From NCBI GenBank assembly GCA_016748015.1, contig JAAOMT010000426.1:29620-93619 (forward strand): 64,000 nucleotides of DNA. The letters are read 5' to 3'. This document shows, piece by piece, positions 1-12,890 of the stretch. The translations under genes and the position numbers were made by a program. Numbering within the stretch: position 1 is the first letter of the stretch; each line of letters opens with the position of its first letter. This DNA comes from Geosiphon pyriformis uo1. Lineage: Eukaryota; Fungi; Glomeromycota. The notes below the pieces were generated by a model that was given only the letters and a program-made list of their open reading frames with translations, was not told the DNA's origin and made no database searches.

Positions 1-959
1 TTATTTTTTTGCATTCTGTATTTCTTCATTCTACAAATAAAATTTGTTTATTGTCAAAAAATCTCTTCGCTAAGATATTTGGGAGGACATTGCCGAAGGT
101 CTCTTCGGAAACAGAAAGATCGACATCTTCCGATTTCGGCACTGAGCGAGACCTCTGATATTTTATTTGGGAAGCAATTTTAAACGCCATAGTCGAACCC
201 AATCTGGTTGGCATGTCTTTGTTACGACATGAGTCTTAGCCCTAACTAGTTATATCCTTCAGATTTTGAAATTACAACTTGTCATGTATTGTCGAGGAAT
301 TGACAGCAGGCACAGGTTAGTACAAGAATTAAAGTATAGCTTTAAGAATTGATATATAGCATATTCGTTATCATGTTTTTATGTAAAGTTTTTTCCACAA
401 AAATATGAGCTATTTGAATTGTAATTTTTTTTTGCTAATTATGCAAGGGGCTCCCATTTTTAATTGCTAACTTTGACTGGGCTGCTGAATTTTAAGTTTA
501 TTCAAATATAGTTTCGAGATTGTTGCAATTTAAAAAAAAATGGTATAATTTGCTAATTATCAACCTTTGACACTTTTAATAAAGGACGAAGTAAGGGTGG
601 CTTCATATGGGAAACTCGAAAAAAATTTGTGGGTTATCCCGAAAAATTACGTATAAAGGGGTGCATTGACCAGCCCTATTACGTAATCTTGGCTTTCTTT
701 TTTCTAAAATTTAAACAATCCAAAGATGGCAAAAAACTACAAAGTTTGATAGGCAAGATTTTTAAGGTAAAATATGTTTTTAATTGGTTATGACGGACTT
801 TAAATGATTGAATTATAGTAAATTTCTCGTGTTAAATTATTTTCAATACGATTTCATCAAGCAAACCATCATATTTTTTATTATATTTAACATTTTAACT
901 ACCACTTCTCGAGCCTGATCATCTGTATTTATAGAACCAGAAAATTTCACATAATAATA

Positions 960-1613
960 ATGGACAAAAAAAGCGAAGTGATCACCTGGTTTTTCGAATC
1001 TCTACCCACCTGGAACTTCCCATTTCATTTCCGAGACGACCTTCAAGACTTTATACTCACCAAATTCCCTACAACAGCTGATTTTTTCAATGAAATGATT
1101 TTATCCATTAAGCAACATGAATTAAACGCTCAAGAAATTACGATTCTTGGATGCCTCTATCAAGAAGGAATCGGCTTTGTAACTGATATCCAAAAAGCCA
1201 TCAAATTGTTCCAAAGAGCCGGTAGACTAGGGGAATCATGGGCTTATTACTTCTTAGGTCACTTATATGCCTCCCCAAATCGATATTCTAATATTTACAA
1301 TAGGGCAGAAGCAATCTGTTGCTATGAACAAGCGGCTTACATGGGAAATCCACATTGCCAGTGTTCTGCGGGTATGATGTTGCAGTGTGGCGCTACTAAA
1401 CATATCCCAAAGGCTCGCTATTGGCTCAATAAATCTGCAAAGTCTGGAAATACAATTGCAATGAACGGCCTTGGGATTTCGTATGCAACTCAGCCCCGAT
1501 CTTCAAAGGATCCTCATGCTGCGATATATTGGTACGCTAAAGCCAGGAGACTGGACAACGAAATTGCAAAACATAACCTCATGTTATTCTTTAATCCTAG
1601 AAAAAGATATTAG
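960..1613 (+). CDS. Sel1-repeat (SLR/HCP-like) protein, single exon, 217 aa
   Basis: Four to five Sel1 units, e.g. LGCLYQEGIGFVTDIQKAIKLFQRAGRLG, AICCYEQAAYMGN, ARYWLNKSAKSGNTIAMNGLG, AIYWYAKA. Confidence 0.9.
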   Translation: MDKKSEVITWFFESLPTWNFPFHFRDDLQDFILTKFPTTADFFNEMILSIKQHELNAQEITILGCLYQEGIGFVTDIQKAIKLFQRAGRLGESWAYYFLGHLYASPNRYSNIYNRAEAICCYEQAAYMGNPHCQCSAGMMLQCGATKHIPKARYWLNKSAKSGNTIAMNGLGISYATQPRSSKDPHAAIYWYAKARRLDNEIAKHNLMLFFNPRKRY

Positions 1614-2827
1614 TGGTTGAGGCCTTCTGTTGGTCTGGTGAAATTTACATCGACTCTTATCAAGAATTTGTTTCCTATTTTTACCAACATAATTAATGCT
1701 TTGTAGAATTAACCTAAAAATTGACCCCCATCTTTGCAGTTATTTTAAATAATAACAAAAATTAATTTTATTTTCTAATTGCCCATGAAGACTCATTTAA
1801 TGTCCTTCTAAACAAATTTAAACTTGTCAGCTTTTATCAAATATTGCAATTAATGATCGGGAAGTCAACTTTTCAAAGAGGCTTGATTTAAGCTAAGGTG
1901 TCTGATAAAATGAAAGACAAGCTTTTGCAATCTATAACTTAAGAAGAATTCCAGATCATTAATTATTTTCTTCACATGGAAATGTTAAAATTCATTCTTG
2001 CTAAACTTTTATATGGTAAATACTGCTCTCTTTACTTAACCTAATTAATTAATCAAATTTCGATTAACTCTTGTTTTAGATTAACTGAACAAAAAGAATT
2101 TCCCTCCATGTTTGTTTATGGGATTATTTCAATTTTAACCAATTTAAACGCGTTTTGTTAATATACCACCATGTAAAAGGCGAACATCGTCCAAGTTTCA
2201 AGGTCTTTATGTTCAATTAAATGAATTCCTTTGAATATATGTAGGCCATTTCCATTTAAAGATTTTTGCGCAATGGAAACCACGCCTTTTGTAATGAATC
2301 CAGCCTGTTAAATGGTTAAAAAACTTTACCCCACAAGAAAAATGAAATCAAACTTGTCATCATTATTTTTTAATTTTGAGGCTGTATGGCATCTTTAATT
2401 CTGTGCGAGTCAGAATGAATAAAACTCGGTTCTAAAAAATCTTCGTCTTTCCCGGATATCAGTCATTGTTCTCGATGATTATAGATGCTAAAACGTCAGA
2501 TTGATATCACGGATGCTTTAGCTCTACCATGACGCAATAATGATCAACTCACCTTTAATTGATGAGATAACTATGACGATGAGAGAAAAATATCGAACAC
2601 TTGATGGCGAGGAAAACGTAATGTTTGAATTTTCTCCGGTGATATCATCATGCTGTATTAATACTTGGAAAATTTTCTTTTATTTAATTTCTTGGCGAAA
2701 AATGAAGAAAAAATATAAATATGAACGAGGTCAAATAGCAGTTTGACATTTTAAAAAAAAAGTGTAATCCATTATATTAATCATAGCCTTCAAATCAGAA
2801 TTATAACACAAATTACATATCATCAAA

Positions 2828-5216
2828 ATGGCTGATATGCAACCATTTGCTAACACAGATATACCTGGATCATATCCGGAATCTTCTCACAGTGAGTATA
2901 GACATTCAAGTTTGAATTTAAGCCTTATAAGCCTCTTAATATTTTTTCCTCTAAACCATAAACCATTTATACTTGTAGACCCGCGACGAGTTTTAGATAG
3001 CACAAACAAGCAGAAGTTAGAACATCCAGGAGACACCCCAATCGCCACGGTTGCTCCTTTTGGTTGTTCAGCTTTGGGTGGTGTTGGTGTAAACCCTCTT
3101 GGCCGTGAGTACCATCTAAACCTTTTTTTTCAGACCCAATAGATTTGCTTCTGGTTAACCTGTTTTGACATTCATCTGTTAAAATTTGATCAGTGACTTT
3201 CAATGATTTGACAGACAATGTTTCATCATTGACAGGTTCAAATCCTCAAGACCAAGAGCATGAAGATTCGAATTTTTCGGAAAGACATACACATCACGAA
3301 CATGAACCAAGGAATCTCACACATGACGAAAACACAAGATCAAACGATGAATCTAACCAAAGCTCTTATATTGGCCAAACTTTGAAGGACTTGACAGGAA
3401 AGGTTTCATATTTGATAGGTTCAACTCCTCAAGACCAAAAGCATGAAGATTCGAATGTTTCGGAAAGAGATACGCATCACGAACATGAACCAAGGAATCT
3501 CACACATGACGAAAGCACAAGATCAAACGATGAATCTAACCAAAGTTCTTATATTGGCCAAACTTTGACGGGCTTGACAGGAAAGGTTTCATCATTGATA
3601 GGTTCAACCCCTCGAGATCAGACGCATGAAGATTCTAATGTTTCGGAAAGAGATACGCATCACGAACATGAACCAAGGAATCTCACACATGACGAAAGCA
3701 CAAGATCAAACGATGAATCTAACCAAAGCTCTTATATTGGCCAAACTTTGACGGGCTTGACAGGAAAGGTTTCATCATTGATAGGTTCAACCCCTCGAGA
3801 TCAGACGCATGAAAACTCGATTGCTTCTGAAAGTACCTATGACAATCATGAACCAATGAATCTTGGACATGATGAAAACACTAAATCAATTGATGAATCT
3901 AGCCTACCAACACAACACTTTCCTCGAGATCAAACACGTGAAAGCTCGATTGCTTCAGATAAGGAAATCTATCAAAATCATGGACCAATGAATCTTGGAT
4001 ATGGTGAAAGCACTAAATCAATTGATGAATCTAGCCTACCAACACAACACTTTCCTCAAGACCAAACGCGTGAAAACTCAATAGCTTCTGAAAAAGAGAC
4101 AATTCACAGTTATAAAACATTGGATCTCACAGATGATGAAGACACAAAGTCAATTAATGAACCTGATTTATCATTTCAACATACTCGCCAACATGATTCT
4201 AACGTTCCCACCGGTCCTACCCTACACACACACCAATTTGAATCTAATGTTCCCACCCTGCACACAGGACAATTTGAATCTAACGTTCCGACACAGCATA
4301 CTCACCAACTTGAATCTAACGTTCCCACCCTGCACACACACCAATTTGGATCTAACGTTCCAACACAGCATACTCACCAACTTGAATCCAATACGCCAAT
4401 CCAGCATGCTGATCAACCTCCAGATTATGGTACTGCAGCCTTGGCAGCACACCTTGACGCTATCAAAAAGGATTTAAAAGAACCAAGCAGTAATACACCA
4501 AGAAAACATCAAAATAATATAAATCATCAATCACCTGCAGGTTATGTAGCGCCGCATCATAGCTCGGAATACAGTACAAGAGAATTAGCTGATCGTGTTA
4601 AAGAAATCAACTTGGGTTCTGATGATTCTGAAAGTCCAATTGATCCATCTGATGCGCAGCGAAAGCTTCAACGGCCTATACCTCCCCCTCCTCTCCCTCC
4701 TCGTGATCATGATGATCATCAATTTGGTGATATCAACAATAATCCTAATCATCACCTTACCCATTTTGGTGCTGTATCGCATATAACTGATCGTCAATTA
4801 GATGAGATTAACAAGAGTCATAGGAAAGATAACACTCAAAAGAAGTCGGATGAAATTTTAGAAAATCCTTTGTCTACGGATAATATTAAAGATCACAATC
4901 GCCTCAATGACGGAATAAATCATGATACAATCAGGAAACATGATGATCAAATCGATAACCATGAAAATCTTGGTAATAATCATCCATCTAAAAGAGAGAA
5001 AATGGGCGCAGCTTTAGAAAAGACTGTTGGGACCGTTAAGGTAAAGAAAATTATTCGTTGTGCCCCATGATTATTATTTCCAAATATTAATGGTTTTAAA
5101 CATTTTAACAGGAGAAAATTGGAAAAATTGTGAAAAATGATGAATTAGTCGCCAAAGGTCTTGAGCAAAAAGAAAGCGCGGCGCTCAAACAAGATAACAG
5201 AAAATTGCATAAATGA
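2828..5216 (+). CDS. Repeat-rich hydrophilic protein with C-terminal CsbD/LEA-like motif; exons 2828-2891, 2979-3104, 3194-5040, 5112-5216
   Basis: GTGAGT/GTGAGT/GTAAAG donors and YAG acceptors join the ORFs in frame. Spliced C-terminus reads EKMGAALEKTVGTVKEKIGKIVKNDELVAKGLEQK (CsbD-like pattern). Body is His/Ser/Asp/Glu/Gln-rich with no hydrophobic segment. Confidence 0.8.
3208..3830 (+). repeat. Coding tandem repeat, 183-bp (61-aa) unit, about 3.3 copies
   Basis: Unit start ttgacag recurs at 3208, 3391, 3574 and 3757; copies 2 and 3 are nearly identical. Confidence 0.95.
4190..4400 (+). repeat. Coding tandem repeat, 36-bp (12-aa) unit ESNVPT[LQ]HTHQ[FL], about 5-6 copies
   Basis: Visible in the translation and as recurring tctaacgttcc. 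Confidence 0.9.
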
Positions 5217-5591
5217 AAAAAAAATTAGTTACAAATTTCATGCTTTGCAATTATAATTAAGAGATATTCCCCAATCATATCTGTAATGATTTATATTATG
5301 TATATTGACAAATAAAAAACGGCGACATTTTGATAATTTTCACCCCTAACACCGTTGATTGGGAAATAAAGAACTTGTATATATATATATCAAATTTTTA
5401 AAACATTAACTCCGGTAAAACATAGCTTATTTCTGAAAAAAAATCAAAAGTTGTATCAAGCGGACACTTGAAAAATTCTAAATTTCAAAATATGAAACAT
5501 TAGTTGAAATAAAAATTTGCCTAAATATTCATTATTATACGAAAATTTATTTAATTAACTGTGAAATTTTTAACAAATAGCGATTTTGTAA

Positions 5592-7134
5592 GCGGAGAAA
5601 GATTCCTCGAGCGTCATTTTCATTTCTATCATAACAAGCTTACAATTCCGGCAGCTATATTGAATATTTCCACACCAGCTACGAAATTAGAGGAAGACGC
5701 CTCATTTTATGTAATAATTTGGAATCCCAATTGTTCTGCCTTGTTGACGAAATCAAGTGTATCTTTCTCACTGTTTTTCATGTGATTTTTCTCGCTTTTC
5801 GATTAACAATGTCCGATACCTCAAAGGGAGGAATGGCAATAACATCAAATTCGTGTCAAATGTGACAGCCTTTCGGTAAATTTCTGTCTGCAAATGTAAT
5901 ATCTTTTAACGAATGCACCCAATCGCCTTTTCTAACCTTCCGGCTTTAGCTTTTTTACGTTTTGAGATTATTAATTTATCTTTCTTTGAACATGTCATCC
6001 ATAAATTTCTAGAGGGAAACAATACGACTAAAGTCACAAGAGCCTATTTGCTTACAGCTTTTTTCGGGGAATACCATGTAAATAGAGCGCAAATGCTAGG
6101 ATCTATGGAGACTGCATGAACAGAGTTATCCGCTTGGGTTTCGGGTGAGCTGTTTTTGCGTCTCTTATATCCAGTCAAACTTCCACTCATTAGTTTTGCG
6201 ATAGTAAGTGAGCTTGCCATCACATGTGAATTGGCCCACTTCTTATTTTTACATTTTTTTTCGAAGTGGAGAGGCCATAATACATGTTTTATCCTTGAAT
6301 AGTGACATGAATAATGATATTAAAAAAAAAAAACCCCCGCAAAAAATTTCTTATATTTACTTTGTGTCAATGTGCATATACAAATATTGCTGGGGTGTAA
6401 AGGTAAGATATATAAAAGCGATTCCAATATCATTCAGCAAAATTCTGAGCACGAATTTTTAGAGTGTAAGAAGATAAGTTCCTTTCGCGCAACCAATTCT
6501 TCATCTGTGGTGTTGCCAGGAGCTAAGCCTAAGAAACCTCTTAAGAGCATGCCATGATGGACGATAGTTTTACAAATTTTCTTTTACCCCAGATAGTCAA
6601 AACATTATCAAAAGACGATTTTTTGAAATTTATAGGTTTTAACCATCCTTTTTCTGTGATAGGATCTTGTTTCATAATGATGCAATGTATTTTGCCCCAC
6701 CACAGTATTAAAGGCAAATCTCGCCTAGCTCATCCATCGCTTCAATAGCCGCTTTTAAGGGGTGGGATACATCTTGATTAATAATGTGCGGTTGAGGATC
6801 TTTCGTCTTCTGGGGGTTTGCCATGGACTGCTGTTGCCTTCTCTTGCGCTTTTTTGTTCCTGCGTTTTCTTCAGCGACGACCAGCTCTCCTTCCTTACAT
6901 GTGGCAGACGAAGACTGTGTTGACGGCAATATCTTGAAAGCGTTTGTGCTCCACAGAGGTCGCTTCGTTTAGTTTTGCAGAATATGGGGAGAAGATATTT
7001 TGAAGGAGGTCAAAGACAAACAGGCAGAGTCAATTCCAGTAGTAGCAGCAACCTCCGAGACAACACCGTGGCTTGATCGTTCCAGTAGGATATCGGACGA
7101 CAAGTTGTTTTTGTCGCGCTGGTGGTATCAGCAT
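5592..7134 (-). pseudogene. Decayed Fanzor2 / IS607-type TnpB RNA-guided endonuclease gene
   Basis: Minus-strand translation across stops and frameshifts gives, in order: N-terminal YWNDQATVLSRRLLL/TGIDS (~7025-7085); HTH region LIKMYPTP*KRLLKRWMS*ARFAFNTVV (~6700-6785); TCDGKLTYYRKTNEWKFDWI; RuvC-I AVSIDPSICALFTWYSP (~6065-6115); KILHLQTEIYRKAVTF; FDVIAIPPFEVSDIVNRK; alternative RuvC-II NEASSS (~5700); zinc ribbon (R)SWCGN...YSCRNC; RuvC-III DRNENDARGIFLR (5592-5630). Confidence 0.88.
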
Positions 7135-7955
7135 TTTAAGAAGTTAGCTCAGAAAAAAGAAAAAGGTGAGTATTTATTTTTGCGTTTTGAACCTGAATAA
7201 CATGCTTTTATTTAATCGCAGTTCAAATATTTTAATTTATTTACAGTGGCTCATAAAAGTCATTTATTATTTTTACGATTGAATTGACTATTATTGATTG
7301 TTAAAGGTGGTCGCGTTTCTTATGCGGTTATATTACACGATTCAGATTTTCTTGATACAAATGATTTATGAGAAAAAATATTTTCTTTAATTATATATAT
7401 TGAATTGACAATATTTTCTGTTAAAAAAAATTATTATGACTCGTATTTCTATAAAAATATATATCCTTAAAGAAGCTTCTCGTCATATTTCTATTCAATA
7501 ATGTTTAATAGCAGTGAAAAATTATAAAATATTCATTTATATTTAATTATTATTATTATTGTAATTTATTAATAGATAAAATATGATTAATAATTTGGTT
7601 TAATTTTATTTTAAATTAAAATTTCAAATAATCAGAAAAAATTTGAAATTAATCATAAGTAATTGAATGAAATTAAATATATTTAAAATGTATAAAATTA
7701 ATAATTTTTTTATTTAAAATATTTTGGGTTATTAAATAATGTATTTATTAATTATTTACAAAAAGATGTGATTTAATACAGTATATCATTTATATACTGT
7801 ATTATGATAAATATAGTATTTGTAATTGGTAATTGTATTTTCTGTTAAAATTTACAATTTTTTGTATATAATTATTAATAATAATGTAATAATTTTGGTT
7901 TTTAAGTTAATTTTTTGTTATTTAATTCAGGATATAATTATATCATATCATATAT

Positions 7956-8023
7956 CATAACATAACATAACATAATATAACATAATATAACATAACATAA
8001 CATAATATAACATAACATAACAT
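7956..8023 (+). repeat. (CATAA/TATAA)n pentanucleotide microsatellite
   Basis: About 13 tandem units seen directly. Confidence 0.9.
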
Positions 8024-9592
8024 ATATCATATACAATTATTTTTGGTTGATTTTTTTTTAATATTTTAATATTTTGATTTTTAAATTAACATTATTATTT
8101 TTAATATGTGTATATTCAAGAAATGAAAAAAAAATAACCAAATAATGCAAAAAAAACGACAATACACAATTTTAAGAGTTAGAAAACGAAATGAATGATA
8201 AAAAAGTAAAAAATCAACAGTTTATCCTATCATTCATTCATTATTTTATGTTTACAATTGTAAAGGACTAATTAATATTTAATTCAGTAATTTTCTATTT
8301 ATACAAAAAAGTATCAACCAAAAACAAAAAATACTCGTTTTATTAAAAAAAAAATTCCTCCCAATAAGGTATTTTTTTGATTCGAAATTCAAATAATTTT
8401 TATTTACATTTTTCCTATTTTTTGCTCTAACCCGGTTTTTAAATTGTATGGATGAGGTGATAAAAACATTCTTTTTAAATCTCTTTATATTGACTAAATA
8501 ATTTTTTCATTCTTTGAATTCATATGCACGAAAACCTGTTTCTTAGAACTCTCTTTCTTTAATTAACCTGTTTTCATGAACTTTGTATCATTTAACTCAA
8601 AATTCACACACACACACATATGCATAAACTTACTTAAATTGTAGTTAGAATAAAGAAAAATCTTGAAACAAACTTCATACATGGGTGATCAATCGAGCAA
8701 TCAGTATATGATCTTTCAATGGTTAAGAGAAGGATGATCACCACTTGTGAATACAAGATTCCCAAAAAAAAAATTAGGGACACAATTGTACATTTCAAAT
8801 CTTGATCTAACCTGTTTAAATAACAAGAAATAACGCGTTCTTCACGCAATACATGCAGATACGCGTTTTTTGTTTTTTTTGAATTCATTATTATTGGATA
8901 AAAAAAGTTTAATTAGTGAGTTCTAGATAAAGATTGATAAGAGATGCAAAAATAATGATTGACAATGAAAAGAAAATATAACGTAAAGTTTATTGTTGGT
9001 TTGGAGAGGGCCTCATGGATTTTAATTTTACAATTTAGGCAGAGGAAATGAAGAAAATAAGTTTTGGAGTTCTTTATAGAATTTGCTTCTAGTGATGAAA
9101 AGCATTGGACTTGACCTGAAATGGAATAGTGCTAATGCATTAATCCTATTATGGTTATGATAATGATGGTGATGATGATGATGATGATGATGGTGAGAGA
9201 GAAAAAAAAGATTCAAGGGTTCTCAAACTCTGATGAAAAAAATGGATAATCATCATCATAAAAAGTAATCTAATATTTTGTTTGCAATTAAACATGATTA
9301 TTAAATTATTTTTTTTTTAACAAAGAAATCGAAACACTATTTTTTAAAAAAAACATCTGATTCTTTGGTTTATTTGTATACATTTTAGAAATGGTGGTTC
9401 AAAATGCAATTTCTTTCAAAAACAAATCATTTTATTTCGGAATTTGAAGTATTTCTATTGAAAATTCGACTCATTCATTTTCATACGTATTCGCTTTTCG
9501 TTTATTATTATTTGTTTGTTTTAAACAAGAGTTTATACTATTATGATTTGGAAAAGCTACTAAATATCCAACAATTAATGAAATCGATATAC

Positions 9593-9623
<31 letters not shown>

Positions 9624-9791
9624 GTGAAAATATCAAATTAATTTAATCAACAGAGCTAGGTATTAGAAATCATGAAATTGAAATAATTTCACATTTAGAC
9701 CTTTCTACAACAAAGTTGTTTACAATGTGTGTAATGAAAACTGGAAACTGTTGATGTTAATCTAGTGATATTCATATTAATTATATATCAT

Positions 9792-10121
9792 TTAAAGGAA
9801 CAGACTACCCAATCCCATAGCTGCAGCACAAACAAAAGCGAAAACACCAGAGGCAAGCATGTTTGAATCATTTTTTGTCGTTGTTGTTGCTGTTGAAGTT
9901 CCATTTGCCTTTGTATCTGTACCGTTGGAGGAGCTGGTGGGGGTGGAGCTGGAGCTGGTGCTGTTGTTGCTTGAAGTAGTGCTATTCTTTCCTTTCGCTG
10001 GAGTAGGTTCACTTTCGCTTGAAGAGGAAGTTGTGGAAACAGTAGAATTGGTGGCGCTTTGGGCAGTGACTACAAGAGCCAAGAGAAGAACGATCATAAA
10101 TTTCAAGAGAGTTCCCTTCAT
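9792..10121 (-). CDS. Small secreted Ser/Thr-rich, probably GPI-anchored cell-surface protein, 109 aa
   Basis: Signal peptide MKGTLLKFMIVLLLALVVTA, S/T-rich core with several N-x-S/T sequons, hydrophobic C-terminal tail (…NDSNMLASGVFAFVCAAAMGLGSLFL). Confidence 0.85.
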   Translation of the reverse strand: MKGTLLKFMIVLLLALVVTAQSATNSTVSTTSSSSESEPTPAKGKNSTTSSNNSTSSSSTPTSSSNGTDTKANGTSTATTTTKNDSNMLASGVFAFVCAAAMGLGSLFL

Positions 10122-10493
10122 TTTTTATCGATTTTATTTTGAGAATATGATTGTAGATGAAAACCAAGTTTTATAATTTTGCTCTGAATATGAAAGGATT
10201 AATTTTGGTTTTTGGATAACACGAAATTTATTGCTTCACACTCTTTATATACCTTTTACCTGCCAGTTTTGTAAAATTTATGTATAACCATTGGCACTTA
10301 TTAAGCCCAATGAAAAATGACTAGGGCAGTTATAATAATAAAAAATTTATTTCAATTAGACTTATACTAACTTTAATTCTTTGTGATAAATGTGTTCTTT
10401 TAGGAGTAACTATTATTTGTATCACTGAGTAGAAATTCTCTCGTTCACTATGAATAAATTTTAACGATCAAGGAAAAGAAAAGCAAAATAATG

Positions 10494-10529
<36 letters not shown>

Positions 10530-12095
10530 GGTCTTATCATTTACACTAGTAAAATTTCCGAAACCGATATCGATTAAAAATTTCCGCCTCTTAAAGCGCC
10601 CGTTTGAAATCAAAAGTCCGAAAAATTGAATCAAGGTTCTTTTCTAGGTAGGGGGAAAGGGCTATTTCACCAATCTATAACCGGATATAGAAATTCTGAA
10701 GACTTTATTGAAAAACCTTAAAAATTAAATCTTGGCAATCATCAAGTATATAATCACAAAATGGTATAATAATAAACAATAATAATAATTACCTAAGTTT
10801 AATCAGGACTCATTGAAATGATGATGATAATGATGTCGACTGATCATTTCATGGCAAACTCGAACTTACCATTCGAGATTTCTAATTTTAAAGTAAATCT
10901 CCGTGGTAATGATAGTCGCTGCCAAGACGCCAAACTGCATTTAGATGAAACGGCTTGGTCGTTCCCAGTTCAAGTTTATATCTTTATTGTTCTTCTTTAG
11001 TATTATTCATTTAGAACGGCAAAAGAAATACAAAAAAGTTTTTATCTGGTGACCAAGTGACAAGTACGACAAGTAAGGAGATGGTCATTTTCCTAAAATA
11101 GTTATCGTTTAACCTTGTTATAATTTTACAAGCCCATTGCCAATTTAGGTTTTCCATTATAAAATTTTTCTACCAAATAAGGTTTACACAAAATTTTCAT
11201 GTTAGATTTCTCATATGATAATAAATATTGACATCCCCTAGCCAATGCATGCGGTTTATGTGTGTATGCCACCACTGTTCTAAGGTCATTTGATGACGTG
11301 GGGTTCCTCTCCAAGTTGATAGACTGCTAGCTGTTTTAAGGCTTGTGACAAACACTCTCCCCTGGGCAATTGTCTGCTTTTATGCAGTGTCATCAAAAAT
11401 TGACATGGAGATTTCGACTTTGTAATCTTCAAAAAAAAAAACTTTTTTCAAAAATTAAAGGAAACCCTATATACTTTACAAAAGTAAGAAACTAAAGAGA
11501 AAAGCGAAATTTTTTTTTTTTTTTTTTAAAAGAATGAATTTTGAAAATATTTCATATGAATTGCCAAATTTTATGTGTTGTCACTCAATGAATTTCAGAA
11601 AAATAAAAATTTTTGAATGCGACCATTTCCCTAATAAATTAACAAGTAATGATCAAATCTAGTTTCGTAGTTTCGAGAACATTTCATATACTTAATCCCT
11701 ACCGTACAGTACATCTTTGATGATGGTGGGACAGCATGGAAACGTTTCACTTAACAATTTGCGATTGGATACAATTACTAGAAATTTTAAAAAGTTCTTT
11801 AATCTTTAAAATCTTTAAAACTTTAAATCATTAAAGGTTGATAAATAACGTTATTCTATTTTTTTCATAGTCACCTTCATAAAACCATAAATCCTTTTGT
11901 ACTTTGGGACTTTACTGTATTTTTTATCGTTCACAACTTTTGGCAGGGGGGCCAAAGTTTCATGCAAGAAATATAATTGGGGAAAATTTACCTAATGATA
12001 TTAAATTTCAGCCCAATTCAAAATCTCAAAATTTTTTTTTTGCAGGATGCAGTGGCCAAAAAAAAGTTTCAGAAATGAATTAACCGAAATTGCCT

Positions 12096-12265
<170 letters not shown>

Positions 12266-12629
12266 TAAAAGTATGGTGTCAACCTGCACGCTCGATGAAT
12301 GAAATATGAATGATCGTAAAAAGCTAAACAGTTCATTATTTTTATCAAAATTAAAACTTGTTTCATCAAAAAATGAAAAAAAAATTGTTTTTTAATACTT
12401 CAATTGTTTTTTAATATTTCTTGTTCTTTTTTTATTTTTTCTTTACAAAAGTTCCACTGAATTGAAAAAAACCTGATTCTAATTTTTACAAAATAACATT
12501 TTTTAACCACCACTTTGGGTGATACATATTCTTAAGATACAACCCCTTTCCAATTATTTCAAAGTCCAAGAACATTTCAATGGAAAAAGGTTAATTGATT
12601 TTGTTTTCAATTTTTGGGGGCAAGTTTTG

Positions 12630-12890
12630 AATATTGTTCCAAAATATGGGCTATCTTAAAGAAATTCCCTGACATCGACAATCAGTATTTCGATCAATCT
12701 AAATTCCCGTTTCGTACTATGAATATCCGGCTGATCGATATTAAAAAGATGGGATTCCATCGTCTAAAAAGGGTTACTCGAAATATTTGATATACTCTTC
12801 TACCAATTGAGATTTCCCATTCGTGGTGGACCCCTTATGTGAATATCATCATTCATTTTGAACAGCTGCGAGGAGAACTATTACTAAATA
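12630..12890 (-). pseudogene. Relic of class-3 lipase C-terminal half
   Basis: Ordered remnants GPPRMGN (~12812-12832), IFRVT..DGIPS and SPYFGT (~12635-12655) match FGAPRVGN / RFTHGNDHVP / GPYFG of the lipase at 16.2-17.9 kb; interrupted by stops and frameshifts. Confidence 0.5.

Noticed and set aside
26-214. 62-aa minus-strand ORF at the window edge
   Set aside because: No recognisable motif and no clear splice continuation within the window; cannot be supported.
3208-4400. Regularly spaced direct repeats suggesting a CRISPR array
   Set aside because: The repeats are contiguous, in-frame coding units without unique spacers, in an intron-containing gene.
5561-7200. Several short plus-strand ORFs
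   Set aside because: They are antisense shadows of the Fanzor pseudogene.
9028-9216. Poly-His ORF
   Set aside because: It arises from a (GAT/TGA)n microsatellite in intergenic DNA.
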